A DNA stretch of 64,000 bases. Source: a virus (Duplodnaviria > Heunggongvirae > Uroviricota > Caudoviricetes). Location of the stretch: the IMG/VR virus record IMGVR_UViG_2718218136_000001; one strand, given 5' to 3'. Shown here piece by piece: positions 14,060 to 24,531 of the stretch. Both the position numbers and the translations under genes were made by a program. The number at the start of each line of letters is the position of its first letter. Within the stretch, counting starts at the first letter, position 1. Under the pieces are notes generated by a model. It had not been told where the DNA came from, did no database searches, and saw only the letters and a list, made by a program, of their open reading frames with translations.

Positions 14060-15949
14060 CTACCAGCAGATCAGCCAGGTGGCGAGCAGCGCCATTAACC
14101 AGCTCTTCGTTTTCCTCAAAACGTCCGGCAGCCTGAAGGGCTGCAATCGCTTCCCGGACATTGCCCGGGCGTTACGGATCTCCGCCATGTCAGTGCTTTG
14201 CATATCCATCATGTTATTGAGATATTCAATGGCTTTATTAGCCTCTGCATCTGCTTCGCTAACCGTTTCATCAGGCTGTGCCGGGGCCGGTTCTGGCTGA
14301 GTAATCTCACCAACTTCGGTCTGCAATGCATTGATCATGCTCTGCACCATTTTCTCGGTGCCAGCGCCACCCGGAAACACAATATTGGGGAAAGTTTTTT
14401 GAAACTGAGTTTTCAGCATTACGCGGAACTCGTCTGGTGAGCTGGTGGCCAGCTCCAGAGCTTTTTGTGCATATTTGCCAAACGGACCATTAGTAAGTGT
14501 CTTCGCCAGGAAGTCGAAAGAATCCTCGCGAGGCAATAACTTCAGGTCGTACTCACTCATTTGCTGATCAGAAAGCGGGGTATCGTAAGTAGCAATGCCG
14601 TAGCGTGCATATTCATAATACGAGTCACCTTCATCAGGGCGCGGCAGAATCGCTTTGTTACCTTCAGGTATTGCGCCAGGGGCCGCCGGACGCATTTGCA
14701 GGGCATATCGATATGCACCTACAGAGACTTCTGGTTCAGGCGAAGAGCTACCGGTATCCTCCGCTGGTTCAGGTTCGACGTTTTCCGGTTTATGTTCTTC
14801 TGGTTGGACCAGATATTCCGATACATTACCCGCTTTATAGGCTTTAAACAGCTTGCCGATCGCATCTGCCATGTCCACACCCTGTATGGATTTAGCCTTG
14901 ATCATGTATACGCTGCCATCCGGATCGGTTAACTGGATATACCCTTCGCCATCCCCAATGAATTGCTTCATTGATGCACCATTACTGAGCGTCGCTTCCC
15001 CGTCCATATGCATACGATTTTTGATACTGACAAGGCGATCCGTCAGCGCGCGAGAGTGCCCACCAGTCATCCCCGCTGGAGCAATGGTATCGCGCCCACC
15101 AGTGCGATTGAGCTGATCAATCTCCGTCTGCAAACTCTCATTCTCTTCATAAAGAGAATCCGCTTCCGATGCAACAGCGTTAATTTTCTGCTCCAGATCT
15201 GCCTTCTGCCCTTCTACCGCTGCCACCTGATCCGCGAAGTCGCTCATGGCATCCTCTTTCTGGTCACTGTCAGCCTGTAGTTGGGTTATTTCATCAACAA
15301 GGGCTTTTTTCTTCTTCTGCGCACGCTGGAATTTTGCCGAGTTTTTCTCTGCAAGGTTGGCAAGTTTCATGGTGACCTGCGCCAGCGTCATATCACGTCC
15401 ACTCATCGGAGCAACGGTGTGAGTAACGTCTTTTTTATTCAGTAAGAACTGGAAAGCAACCAGCGTATCGCTATTGGTGATCCGGTTTTCCGCTGTCGGG
15501 CTATGAAACAAAATGCTGATAGTCTGACCATCACTGAGCGGAATAATGGCTGGCAGGACCGGCAGCCCGTTAACGTTACGTGCCCGACCAATTTCAGCGC
15601 CGCCGATCGCGCGCGAGCCGCTCTGGGCCACATCCCCCGTTTTATCACTCCCCGCAGAGATTCCGGTACCATTCAGCTTCTGGTTCAATGCCCGGACAAA
15701 TGCCTGCATGGTCCGGTGTAACTGCAAACGAGTAGAACTAATCGCCTCCAGTAAATCCGTAGCACACCAGTGGATCGGTGTGTCATAGAAGAACGTAGCC
15801 TCGATTTCCTCCAGGGTGTTGGATTCCGTCATCAGATAGCGGTCCTCACCGGCCATTAATGCGCGATATTCATCATCAGTCACTGGCGGGGGAAGCACGT
15901 CAAGCCCAGGCTTGATCGTCACCCCTTTATTGATATTGAACTGTTCCAT
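14060..15949 (-). CDS. darA: DarA-like head-associated antirestriction protein (629 aa)
   Basis: Size and position in Hdf-DarA operon upstream of holin genes; no catalytic motif recognised. Confidence 0.45.
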   Translation of the reverse strand: MEQFNINKGVTIKPGLDVLPPPVTDDEYRALMAGEDRYLMTESNTLEEIEATFFYDTPIHWCATDLLEAISSTRLQLHRTMQAFVRALNQKLNGTGISAGSDKTGDVAQSGSRAIGGAEIGRARNVNGLPVLPAIIPLSDGQTISILFHSPTAENRITNSDTLVAFQFLLNKKDVTHTVAPMSGRDMTLAQVTMKLANLAEKNSAKFQRAQKKKKALVDEITQLQADSDQKEDAMSDFADQVAAVEGQKADLEQKINAVASEADSLYEENESLQTEIDQLNRTGGRDTIAPAGMTGGHSRALTDRLVSIKNRMHMDGEATLSNGASMKQFIGDGEGYIQLTDPDGSVYMIKAKSIQGVDMADAIGKLFKAYKAGNVSEYLVQPEEHKPENVEPEPAEDTGSSSPEPEVSVGAYRYALQMRPAAPGAIPEGNKAILPRPDEGDSYYEYARYGIATYDTPLSDQQMSEYDLKLLPREDSFDFLAKTLTNGPFGKYAQKALELATSSPDEFRVMLKTQFQKTFPNIVFPGGAGTEKMVQSMINALQTEVGEITQPEPAPAQPDETVSEADAEANKAIEYLNNMMDMQSTDMAEIRNARAMSGKRLQPFRLPDVLRKTKSWLMALLATWLICW

Positions 15950-15950
15950 G

Positions 15951-16562
15951 TTAATTTCCTGCTTTCAGTTGCTTAAGACGACGTTTGAGTTCGCCATTCC
16001 GTGCCTTTTCGTTATTGAGTCGGCCCGTCTCCTTATCCAGCTTCGCCCGCAAATCAGTGATCTGCTGTTGATTGAAAGACACCGAATTCTGCGCGGACTT
16101 ATAAGCGGCAACCACCTGAGCATTCCGCTGTTTTGCTTCTTGCAGGCGCTGAAAGTTGGATTTAACTGCCGGTTTCTTGTCTACCGGATTGGCAACACGC
16201 TTCGCTTTGGCGATCAGTGATTTCTGGAATTTTGCGGAGTTTTTGCGGGCCGCTTGCCCCATGACGGTACCAAGCGTCTTGATATCCGGCGACTGAGCGT
16301 TAGGAATAGCTTTTCCATTCAGCTTCACAGACGATATATCGCCAGTATCGTTTACCTGTATGGCAAGAATTTGTCCGTCGTTAAGAACCAGCTTTGCTGT
16401 TTTAACTTTAACGCCATCTTTCGTTGTTGCGCGGTTGCTGGAGTCAACCTCAATTACCGTAACACCGGTTTTATTGATCGCCGCGATAAGGGATTTCAGC
16501 CCCTTTTCATTAACCTGGTCAAAATCGACCGTTGCATACTTATTTTTCGTCATCTGACACAT
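15951..16562 (-). CDS. Hdf-like protein (203 aa), basic coiled-coil C-terminus
   Basis: ORF track; position. Confidence 0.4.
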   Translation of the reverse strand: MCQMTKNKYATVDFDQVNEKGLKSLIAAINKTGVTVIEVDSSNRATTKDGVKVKTAKLVLNDGQILAIQVNDTGDISSVKLNGKAIPNAQSPDIKTLGTVMGQAARKNSAKFQKSLIAKAKRVANPVDKKPAVKSNFQRLQEAKQRNAQVVAAYKSAQNSVSFNQQQITDLRAKLDKETGRLNNEKARNGELKRRLKQLKAGN

Positions 16563-16983
16563 CCTGTGCGAGATTTATTACGTAACTTCTGCGGATTTGC
16601 TGAGTAACAGGGAAAATCCGATACAACGGGTTAATGAACGAGTCGCCATGCGTAACCATGACGTTGAAATGCCACAGTCGCTCTCCTTTACCCATATATT
16701 CAGTGGGTATGTACAACCATTCACTGTTTTCGCCCTGTTCAGCCGACGTCAGACAACGTTGTTCACCTTCAATCACTGTCGTCGGCTTCTGAACATCGCG
16801 GATCCAATATCTGACCGTTGCGCCGCGCAAAAACGGGAATTTAGACCGGTATTTGAACGGCACCCGGATGAAACCCGGTTTAATTTCCACATCACCAAGT
16901 TCTAAATGCGTGATGTCCTTGCGTTTTAGCAAATAGCGATCGGCTAAGGCTAACGCAAGAACGCATACACCCCAGCCAATCAT
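16540..16983 (-). CDS. lydB: LydB-like antiholin (147 aa)
   Basis: Position immediately downstream of holin, overlapping stop/start. Confidence 0.4.
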   Translation of the reverse strand: MIGWGVCVLALALADRYLLKRKDITHLELGDVEIKPGFIRVPFKYRSKFPFLRGATVRYWIRDVQKPTTVIEGEQRCLTSAEQGENSEWLYIPTEYMGKGERLWHFNVMVTHGDSFINPLYRIFPVTQQIRRSYVINLAQDVSDDEK

Positions 16984-17309
16984 TTCCCGCCTCCCTTTTT
17001 CACCAAACTTGTAAGAACATTCAGAATGCTATCGATATTCACTCGTTTCATCCCTGAAATCACCTCATGACCGTTATTGCTGGCTATCGTTACCATTAAG
17101 TACGTAATTGATAACTCCCAGCCCTCGTGTTGCCCCAATAGGTACGCCACCGCGCCAGCTGTCACTGCAACAAAGATCTCCGTAACCAATCCCAACAAAT
17201 TGCCAGACTGGCGACCGTCTCGGACATCCATCAGGAACGTGCCTATCCCACCAATTACTGAAAGCAGGAGCGCAATAGCAACTGGAGCTAATTCCTGTGT
17301 GTCAAGCAC
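16980..17309 (-). CDS. lydA: holin (LydA-like, 109 aa, hydrophobic helices)
   Basis: Hydrophobic segments VAIALLLSVIGGIGTFL and IFVAVTAGAVAYLLG; small size. Confidence 0.5.
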   Translation of the reverse strand: MLDTQELAPVAIALLLSVIGGIGTFLMDVRDGRQSGNLLGLVTEIFVAVTAGAVAYLLGQHEGWELSITYLMVTIASNNGHEVISGMKRVNIDSILNVLTSLVKKGGGK

Positions 17310-17376
17310 AAGTTCCCTCCTACGTTGTCAGGAGGTAATGGTATGCAAAGTAACTTCTCAACCGGTCATTTGTTGC

Positions 17377-17658
17377 TTAAGAGGCATTTCTATTGAGGTA
17401 CGAATCAATAATCCTTTGTAACTTTTCAAGAATGAGCCTGTTATTGATGCTGCAAATAATAGTCACGCAATTCTGAAGACTTTCATCCATACCCTTATAT
17501 TCCGCGAAATACATGCCTATAAAGCCTGCAAGTACGGCAGCAATACACTCGGCCATCAATTGCCTGCATGACGCTTCGTAACGTTTTTCACAAACCCCAT
17601 TCAGAAACGAATGCACCCCGCCAAGGATGGAGAGGAGCATTATTGTGAAATCACACAT
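17377..17658 (-). CDS. hypothetical small membrane-like protein (93 aa)
   Basis: ORF track. Confidence 0.3.
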   Translation of the reverse strand: MCDFTIMLLSILGGVHSFLNGVCEKRYEASCRQLMAECIAAVLAGFIGMYFAEYKGMDESLQNCVTIICSINNRLILEKLQRIIDSYLNRNAS

Positions 17659-17785
17659 AACTATTTCCTTAATAGTGAATTAAATATCATTGGGAAACGG
17701 TATGTACTTTGTGATTTCCACACATACTGGTTTTTGTTAATTAAAATCCGCAGCTTGCTATAAATAACGATAGTGAGCAGAAAAT

Positions 17786-18346
17786 ATGCTAATAGGCTAT
17801 GTACGCGTATCAACAAATGAACAAAACACTGCTTTACAACGAAACGCTCTTGAAAGCGCAGGATGTGAGCTAATTTTTGAGGACAAGGCGAGCGGCAAAA
17901 AGGCTGAGCGCCCTGGGTTAAAAAAGGTACTCCGTATGCTTTCCAGAGGTGATACCCTGGTCGTATGGAAGTTAGATCGTCTTGGGCGCAGCATGCGTCA
18001 CTTAGTTGTGCTGGTGGAAGAGCTGCGTGACAGAGGCATTAACTTCCGGAGTCTCACTGACTCCATCGACACCAGTACACCAATGGGGCGCTTTTTCTTT
18101 CACGTAATGGGGGCGCTGGCAGAAATGGAACGTGAACTTATTGTTGAACGTACACGCGCTGGACTTGATGCAGCTCGCGCAGAAGGTCGAATAGGTGGGC
18201 GTCGGCCTAAATACCAGAAAGAAACATGGCAGCAAATGCGGCGATTGCTGGAGAAGGGCATCCCCCGTAAGCAGGTTGCAATCATCTATGATGTGGCTGT
18301 TTCCACTCTTTATAAGAAGTTTCCGGCGTCATCATTTCAATCCTAA
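17786..18346 (+). CDS. cin: serine DNA invertase, Cin/Gin/Pin/Hin family (186 aa)
   Basis: N-terminus MLIGYVRVSTNEQNTALQRNAL, catalytic Ser in VRVST, TLVVWKLDRLGRSMRHL, C-terminal HTH; adjacent to invertible segment. Confidence 0.9.
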   Translation: MLIGYVRVSTNEQNTALQRNALESAGCELIFEDKASGKKAERPGLKKVLRMLSRGDTLVVWKLDRLGRSMRHLVVLVEELRDRGINFRSLTDSIDTSTPMGRFFFHVMGALAEMERELIVERTRAGLDAARAEGRIGGRRPKYQKETWQQMRRLLEKGIPRKQVAIIYDVAVSTLYKKFPASSFQS

Positions 18347-18363
18347 ACCTTGGTTTAAGAGAA
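18338..18363. promoter_or_regulatory. left inversion crossover site (cix/hix-like 12-2-12: caatcctaaACC TT GGTttaagagaa)
   Basis: Matches hix/gix-type architecture; mirrored by site at 22634-22659. Confidence 0.55.
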
Positions 18364-18946
18364 CTCGGTACCAGCGGTGAAAAGATCCCCCTGTTGAGCA
18401 CGGCTAACACATGGAGTGCACGCCAGACTTTCAACGGCGGGATCACCGGGGCGCTGACAGGGAACGCCGATACCGCAACAAAATTGAAAACAGCCAGAAA
18501 CATTAATGGCGTCAGGTTCGATGGTTCTGGTGACATTAATATCAATACTCTGGTATCGCGCGGTCGCGTAACGGCCCTGGAGGCGAATGCACAGGGAACA
18601 TCCGGGATTCAGCTGTATGAGGCATACAACAATGGCTACCCTTCCCCCTATGGCAATGTGCTTCACCTTAAAGGTGCCACCGCTGCTGGCGAAGGTGAGT
18701 TATTCATTGGCTGGAGTGGCACGAGCGGTACCCATGCGCCCGTACATATCCGTTCGCGGCGGGATACTGATTCTGCCAACTGGTCTGAATGGGCGCAGGT
18801 CTATACGTCAAAAGATTCAATTCCCGGCGTCAATGCCAAAGGGGATCAGGATACCTCTGGTAATGCGGCTACAGCGACCAAGTTGCAGACAGCATGTACT
18901 ATCAACGGTGTCTCGTTTGATGGTTCTAAAAATATTGAGCTAACGG
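18350..18946. repeat. left inverted repeat (~597 bp) of invertible segment
   Basis: Identical ~190-aa tail-fibre translation in + ORF 18394.. and - ORF 21089..; boundaries checked by reverse complement at both ends. Confidence 0.9.
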
Positions 18947-19995
18947 CGGAAGATTTAAATCTACAGGAAACGGTAAACAAGGCTGATAACGCGGTTCAAA
19001 AGACAGGCGATACCTTGTCCGGTGGACTTACTTTTGAAAACGACTCAATCCTTGCCTGGATTCGGAATACTGACTGGGCGAAGATTGGTTTTAAAAATGA
19101 TGCCGACAGCGATACTGATTCATACATGTGGTTTGAAACAGGCGACAACGGCAATGAATATTTCAAATGGAGAAGTCGCCAGAGCACCACAACAAAAGAC
19201 CTGATGAATCTTAAATGGGATGCTTTGTCTGTCCTTGTTAAAGCCCTTTTCAGCAGTGAAGTAAAAATATCGACAGTCAATGCACTAAGGATATTTAATT
19301 CATCTTTTGGTGCTATTTTTCGTCGTTCTGAAGAATGCCTGCATATCATCCCTACACGAGAGAATGAGGGGGAAAATGGTGATATAGGGCCACTACGTCC
19401 CTTTACACTTAATCTCAGAACTGGCCGTATAACTATGGGGCATGGTCTGGATGTTACAGGAGATATAACAACTAACGCCTGGGTGTATGCAAACAGGTTT
19501 GCTATTAACAGCAGTAATGGTATGTGGATTCAGATGCGCGATAACAACGCTATCTTTGGGAAAAATATAGTTAACACTGATAGCGCCCAGGCATTGCTAC
19601 GTCAGGACCATGCTGATCGCAAATTTATGATTGGTGGTCTGGGGAATAAGCAATTTGGCATCTACATGATTAATAATTCAAGGACAGCCAATGGTACCGA
19701 TGGTCAGGCGTACATGGATAATAACGGGAACTGGCTTTGCGGCTCGCAAGTTATTCCCGGCAACTATGGCAATTTTGACTCCAGATATGTGAAAGATGTT
19801 CGACTTGGTTCACAGCAATATTATGGAGTGAACAACTGGCAAACATGGAATTTCCAGTGCCCTTCAGGTCATGTATTGTCTGGTATTAATGTTCAGGATA
19901 CAGGGTCCAACTCTGCCGATAATATAGCAGGCGTTTATTACAGACCCGTTCAAAAGTATATAAATGGCACCTGGTATAATGTAGCGAGCGTTTAA
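18394..19995 (+). CDS. alternative tail-fibre C-terminal cassette (Sv'-like), currently not joined to the constant N-terminal part
   Basis: Shares IR-encoded segment with S then diverges after ...GSKNIELT; frame open from 18352. Confidence 0.6.
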   Translation: MSTANTWSARQTFNGGITGALTGNADTATKLKTARNINGVRFDGSGDININTLVSRGRVTALEANAQGTSGIQLYEAYNNGYPSPYGNVLHLKGATAAGEGELFIGWSGTSGTHAPVHIRSRRDTDSANWSEWAQVYTSKDSIPGVNAKGDQDTSGNAATATKLQTACTINGVSFDGSKNIELTAEDLNLQETVNKADNAVQKTGDTLSGGLTFENDSILAWIRNTDWAKIGFKNDADSDTDSYMWFETGDNGNEYFKWRSRQSTTTKDLMNLKWDALSVLVKALFSSEVKISTVNALRIFNSSFGAIFRRSEECLHIIPTRENEGENGDIGPLRPFTLNLRTGRITMGHGLDVTGDITTNAWVYANRFAINSSNGMWIQMRDNNAIFGKNIVNTDSAQALLRQDHADRKFMIGGLGNKQFGIYMINNSRTANGTDGQAYMDNNGNWLCGSQVIPGNYGNFDSRYVKDVRLGSQQYYGVNNWQTWNFQCPSGHVLSGINVQDTGSNSADNIAGVYYRPVQKYINGTWYNVASV

Positions 19996-19996
19996 T

Positions 19997-20524
19997 ATGA
20001 TGCACTTAAAGAACATACAAGCGGGTAATGCTAAAACACTGGAGCAGTATGAGTTAACAAAGAAGCACGGAGTCATCTGGCTTTACTCTGAGGACGAAAA
20101 AAACTGGTATGAGGAAGTGAAAAACTTTCAGCCAGACACCATAAAGATTGTTTACGATGAAAATAATATTATTGTCGCCATCACCAAAGATGCCTCCACG
20201 CTTAACCCTGAAGGTTTTAGCGTCGTTGAGGTTCCCGACATAACAGCCAACCGCCGCGCTGATGATTCAGGAAAGTGGATGTTTAAGGATGGAGCTGTAG
20301 TTAAACGGATTTATACGGCAGACGAACAGCAACAACAAGCCGAATCACAAAAGGCCGCATTGCTTTCCGAAGCTGAATCAGTCATCCAGCCGCTGGAACG
20401 CGCTGTCAGGCTGAATATGGCAACAGACGAGGAACGCACACGACTGGAAGCATGGGAACGCTACAGTGTTCTGGTCAGCCGTGTGGATACGGCAAATCCT
20501 GAATGGCCACAAAAGCCTGAATAA
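19997..20524 (+). CDS. tail-fibre assembly protein (U'-like, 175 aa)
   Basis: Paralog of 20553..21086 ([11 protein letters not shown].. vs MMHLRNITAGN..); immediately follows Sv'. Confidence 0.6.
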   Translation: MMHLKNIQAGNAKTLEQYELTKKHGVIWLYSEDEKNWYEEVKNFQPDTIKIVYDENNIIVAITKDASTLNPEGFSVVEVPDITANRRADDSGKWMFKDGAVVKRIYTADEQQQQAESQKAALLSEAESVIQPLERAVRLNMATDEERTRLEAWERYSVLVSRVDTANPEWPQKPE

Positions 20525-20530
20525 AAATTA

Positions 20531-20549
20531 AGGCCCGCTATCGGGCCTT
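20531..20549. terminator. bidirectional hairpin aggcccg-cta-tcgggcct between convergent assembly genes
   Basis: Read directly. Confidence 0.45.
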
Positions 20550-20552
20550 GTC

Positions 20553-21086
20553 TCATTCAGGTTGTTCGGGAAATGTTACTGGTAGGCTGGAGGTGTCTGT
20601 GGATTCGACTTTCTGCGCAAAGAGCATCCACTCGGTTAATTTCTGCTTATTCTCGGCGGAAATGATACCCAGCCGTAGCTGTGAGTCCCATAGCTGGGTT
20701 TTATCCCTGACGAGCTGTAGCAGACTTTGCTTTTCATTTTCCGCTTGTTGCCTCTGCTCTTCCTCGGTATAAGTTCGCTTTACCACTACGCCATCTTTGA
20801 ACATCCATTTACCAGAAATATCAGCCCGGCGATTTGCTGTAATATCAGGTAATTCAACGACGCTTGCGCCTTCTGGATTAATTGCTGAAACATCCTTTTC
20901 AATACAAATAATAACGCCGTTGTGGTCATAGGCCATTTTCAACGTATCATACTGGAAATTCTTTTGTTCCTCATACCAGTTTTTTCCATCCTCTGTATAA
21001 AGCCATTTGATGTTAAATTGTTTCGTTAGCTGGTATTGCTCTTTTGTTTTAGGGTTGCCAGCTGTAATATTTCTTAAGTGCATCAT
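20553..21086 (-). CDS. tail-fibre assembly protein (U-like, 177 aa)
   Basis: Immediately downstream of expressed tail-fibre gene. Confidence 0.65.
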   Translation of the reverse strand: MMHLRNITAGNPKTKEQYQLTKQFNIKWLYTEDGKNWYEEQKNFQYDTLKMAYDHNGVIICIEKDVSAINPEGASVVELPDITANRRADISGKWMFKDGVVVKRTYTEEEQRQQAENEKQSLLQLVRDKTQLWDSQLRLGIISAENKQKLTEWMLFAQKVESTDTSSLPVTFPEQPE

Positions 21087-21088
21087 AA

Positions 21089-24007
21089 TTAAATACTCCC
21101 CGCGTTATACCACGTCCCATTAATGCAATACTGAATTGGCCTTGCCTGAGTTGTATCAATTAATTCATCACGGTTTCCGTTAACTGAACCAGTAACGACA
21201 TAACCTGACCTGTCAGACCAGCCAGGACCATTCCATGTCTGAACAGATGACAGACCGCCAAGGCGAATACCTGTAATAAACCTTGAGTTACATTCTGCCT
21301 GCGTATATGCACCAACATCTCCCGCAGAGGGTTTGCGTGTTGTGGTGTAAAACTCTGACCAGTTAGCTTCAAAGCCATAACCATCACGCGCTGAACGATA
21401 AAAGATACCGCCATTTCTGTAATTCACGCGGAACTGTACAGCAGGGCAACTCCCCGCATTCATATTAAAGTGGAGGATTAATGTCGATGCGCCACTGATA
21501 TCTGCATCATAAACGCCGCTATTCCAGTTCCAGCCAACAGCTTTATCATTTGCGACCCTGCGTCCTGTTTGCCCTAAAGCAAATGCAGGCTGCTGGTTTT
21601 TCGTGTTGTAGTCTCGTCGCCAGCCAGGAGCGTAAGCATCACCATGATTAATATAAGTGAATTGAGCGTTAGTGATTCCGCCACCGCTGGACGTGCTCGG
21701 CGTAGTAACGCGTATGGTCATGGCACCTTTATTACCCATAACCTCAATAACGCAACCTGCAAGATGAATAGTTCCACAGCCAGTATCGGTTATAATTTTA
21801 TTATTGCCGTACGACCATGAACATTTGCACATCCAGTATGGGTGATTGAATGCCCCTTGAGAATCCAGCCATTCAATCAATTGTGCCGTTGTCCAGTTCC
21901 CTGCACCTGTACTAATAGAACTGTGAAAAGCGCGACATGCACCAATATTTTTAGTGAAGGTATCTTTTCCAGGAATATCCGCGCCGTTCTGATTTTTCTG
22001 CAATGACCCAGCGGCTAATTCTACTGTTCGCTCAAGATTTAAATTTTCAACCGTTAGCTCAATATTTTTAGAACCATCAAACGAGACACCGTTGATAGTA
22101 CATGCTGTCTGCAACTTGGTCGCTGTAGCCGCATTACCAGAGGTATCCTGATCCCCTTTGGCATTGACGCCGGGAATTGAATCTTTTGACGTATAGACCT
22201 GCGCCCATTCAGACCAGTTGGCAGAATCAGTATCCCGCCGCGAACGGATATGTACGGGCGCATGGGTACCGCTCGTGCCACTCCAGCCAATGAATAACTC
22301 ACCTTCGCCAGCAGCGGTGGCACCTTTAAGGTGAAGCACATTGCCATAGGGGGAAGGGTAGCCATTGTTGTATGCCTCATACAGCTGAATCCCGGATGTT
22401 CCCTGTGCATTCGCCTCCAGGGCCGTTACGCGACCGCGCGATACCAGAGTATTGATATTAATGTCACCAGAACCATCGAACCTGACGCCATTAATGTTTC
22501 TGGCTGTTTTCAATTTTGTTGCGGTATCGGCGTTCCCTGTCAGCGCCCCGGTGATCCCGCCGTTGAAAGTCTGGCGTGCACTCCATGTGTTAGCCGTGCT
22601 CAACAGGGGGATCTTTTCACCGCTGGTACCGAGTTCTCTTAAACCAAGGTATTGGATAACAGCAAGAACGCTTGTTTTGGCCAGAATATCGCGACCAACT
22701 GACGTTAAGTCAGTCTGAGAAACAGTGTCTGTACCGGTAAAGTACGGCAATTTATTTGCGCCTGTCGCAAGACCAGCAAGCGCGGTTAAAGTTGCATCAA
22801 GTGGCTGTTTCCCTGCCAGCGCATTTGTCATTGTTGTCGCAAAGTTCGGGTCATTGCCCAGTGCTGCTGCAAGCTCATTCAGGGTATCAAGAGCTTCAGG
22901 TGATGAGCCGACCAATGCAGAGATAGCAGCCCGTACGTAAGCAGTCGTAGCGATCTGCGTATTGTTTGTGCCCTGTGCAGCCGTAGGCGCAGTAGGGACA
23001 CCCGTTAATGCAGGGCTTGCCAAAGGCGCTTTGAGAGCCAAGGCATTGTTGATAGTTGTGCTGTAATTCGGGTCGTTATTGATCGCAGCCGCTATTTCTT
23101 TCAGCGTATCCAGTGTGCCAGGCGCACCGTTGATAAGTGCAGTTATAGCTGCCTTAACAAAGGCTGTATTTGCGATCTGCGTGCTGTTTGTACCTTGCGC
23201 TGCCGTCGGCGCGGTTGGCGTTCCTGTCAGACTCGGGCTTTCTATTGGCGCTTTGGTATCAGCCAGATCTTTTATAGACTTAACAGCTTTAGGGGTAGCC
23301 GCCATTGTTTCGCTGTCGCTGTTAGTTGCGCTACTGAGCTGAACTAATCCCTTTTGCGTTGTGCTTGCATCCTGCGCCGTATACTTGCTTTTCGCCAGAT
23401 CGTAGGCTTTTTTAACTGCCAGCGAACTTGCAGCAACATCACTTCTGGTACTGGTTACAGAGTCTGAAATATCAATGCCGATCGTGCGGTTGATACGCTC
23501 GGATGTATCAATCATCTCCTGGGTAATGGCAGATACACCAGCAGGGATATTCACCGTACAAACAAGCAGCTCCCCATCTCCTAACTGATATGAATCGGTA
23601 TAGGTTCTGGCAACAAATTCAGCCGCATGAATATGTGACGCGGTATTCACCTGATAGGTATCTTCTCCAAGGAGGTATCTTCCCTTCAGCACAATTGCAT
23701 ATTTCTTGCCTGCACTAAGTGCAAGAGAAATATCCTTACGTTGCTGAATAGTTACCTGGTAGAATTCACCAATATCCACCGACGCCGCGCCTGCGGTTTT
23801 ATCACCATCCACTGAGGTGATTAACAGGTTCATCCCACCGCCAGGCTTAGGTAAGAAACCGGCATAAAATCCCGGGTCAACAATCCCCCTGAATTTTCGG
23901 TTTAGCGCGGCTGACAGATATGGTTCGTGGTATTGCACATCAGCCACCAGAGCCAACGACTCGGGTGATGGGTAAGTAACTGATGTAACAACTGTAACGT
24001 CATTCAT
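21089..24007 (-). CDS. tail fibre protein (S-like); constant N-terminal part outside, variable C-terminal part inside the invertible segment; likely start MNDVTVV at 24007
   Basis: 1001-aa ORF; repeated collagen-like and fibre motifs; spans right crossover site. Confidence 0.8.
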   Translation of the reverse strand: MNDVTVVTSVTYPSPESLALVADVQYHEPYLSAALNRKFRGIVDPGFYAGFLPKPGGGMNLLITSVDGDKTAGAASVDIGEFYQVTIQQRKDISLALSAGKKYAIVLKGRYLLGEDTYQVNTASHIHAAEFVARTYTDSYQLGDGELLVCTVNIPAGVSAITQEMIDTSERINRTIGIDISDSVTSTRSDVAASSLAVKKAYDLAKSKYTAQDASTTQKGLVQLSSATNSDSETMAATPKAVKSIKDLADTKAPIESPSLTGTPTAPTAAQGTNSTQIANTAFVKAAITALINGAPGTLDTLKEIAAAINNDPNYSTTINNALALKAPLASPALTGVPTAPTAAQGTNNTQIATTAYVRAAISALVGSSPEALDTLNELAAALGNDPNFATTMTNALAGKQPLDATLTALAGLATGANKLPYFTGTDTVSQTDLTSVGRDILAKTSVLAVIQYLGLRELGTSGEKIPLLSTANTWSARQTFNGGITGALTGNADTATKLKTARNINGVRFDGSGDININTLVSRGRVTALEANAQGTSGIQLYEAYNNGYPSPYGNVLHLKGATAAGEGELFIGWSGTSGTHAPVHIRSRRDTDSANWSEWAQVYTSKDSIPGVNAKGDQDTSGNAATATKLQTACTINGVSFDGSKNIELTVENLNLERTVELAAGSLQKNQNGADIPGKDTFTKNIGACRAFHSSISTGAGNWTTAQLIEWLDSQGAFNHPYWMCKCSWSYGNNKIITDTGCGTIHLAGCVIEVMGNKGAMTIRVTTPSTSSGGGITNAQFTYINHGDAYAPGWRRDYNTKNQQPAFALGQTGRRVANDKAVGWNWNSGVYDADISGASTLILHFNMNAGSCPAVQFRVNYRNGGIFYRSARDGYGFEANWSEFYTTTRKPSAGDVGAYTQAECNSRFITGIRLGGLSSVQTWNGPGWSDRSGYVVTGSVNGNRDELIDTTQARPIQYCINGTWYNAGSI
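22051..22647. repeat. right inverted repeat (~597 bp) of invertible segment
   Basis: Reverse complement of 18350-18946. Confidence 0.9.
22634..22659. promoter_or_regulatory. right inversion crossover site (ttctcttaaACC AA GGTattggataa)
   Basis: Mirror of left site; lies inside S coding sequence. Confidence 0.55.
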
Positions 24008-24018
24008 CAAGCATATCC

Positions 24019-24453
24019 TTATGCTGTTGTCGTGTTTATGGCCATAACTGCGGTATATGTTTTGCCCACATACAGCGAGTCTTCCTGGACACAAATAATG
24101 GCGATTGGCTTGTTCTCGTTATCCAGAACAACCAGAGTGTTGAATGGGTAGTTTTTCCCTTCCTGCAACTGGCTTTGATCAAGGTCCATTCGGACAGTAA
24201 TTATCCCGCCTGAGTAGGTTGGGACGAGGTTGATGGTGCAAAATTGACTGGTCAGTTCTGCCAGATCGAAAACCTTTGGCAGTTCTCCAATCTCATAAGT
24301 GCCATCTCCTTTCTTAGTAACCAGTGAACTGGTACCGAAAACGGCCTTGCTGATTAAAAATCGAGAGCCTTTGTTAATGGACGATTCAGCGCGCCGCTGA
24401 TAGTAATAGTCCAACAACTGACTCTTATAGAGGTTTGTTGAGACGTCAGACAT
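24019..24453 (-). CDS. tail-fibre-associated structural protein (R-like, 144 aa)
   Basis: Position directly upstream of S. Confidence 0.4.
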   Translation of the reverse strand: MSDVSTNLYKSQLLDYYYQRRAESSINKGSRFLISKAVFGTSSLVTKKGDGTYEIGELPKVFDLAELTSQFCTINLVPTYSGGIITVRMDLDQSQLQEGKNYPFNTLVVLDNENKPIAIICVQEDSLYVGKTYTAVMAINTTTA

Positions 24454-24531
24454 GATTTTCCCTAATCAATGTTGTGAAGCCTCATTGTAAGAGAAGTAAC
24501 TTGTCACCCCGCCCTGCGGACGGGGTGATTG

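Larger units (their letters stand above)
18351..22646. other. invertible DNA segment (~4.3 kb, C-segment-like) carrying alternative tail-fibre C-termini and assembly genes
   Basis: Bounded by crossover sites and ~0.6 kb inverted repeats next to the invertase gene. Confidence 0.8.

Noticed and set aside
17786-18346. Integrase or transposase of an insertion element
   Set aside because: The protein is a small serine invertase with an adjacent invertible segment; no terminal inverted repeats, target duplications or transposase-sized ORF were seen
18587-18943. Duplicate ORF pairs on opposite strands (18587..18943 = 22054..22410; 18355..18666 = 22331..22642; 18282..18545 vs 22452..22718)
   Set aside because: These are shadow ORFs created by the 0.6 kb inverted repeats inside the tail-fibre coding frames, not independent genes
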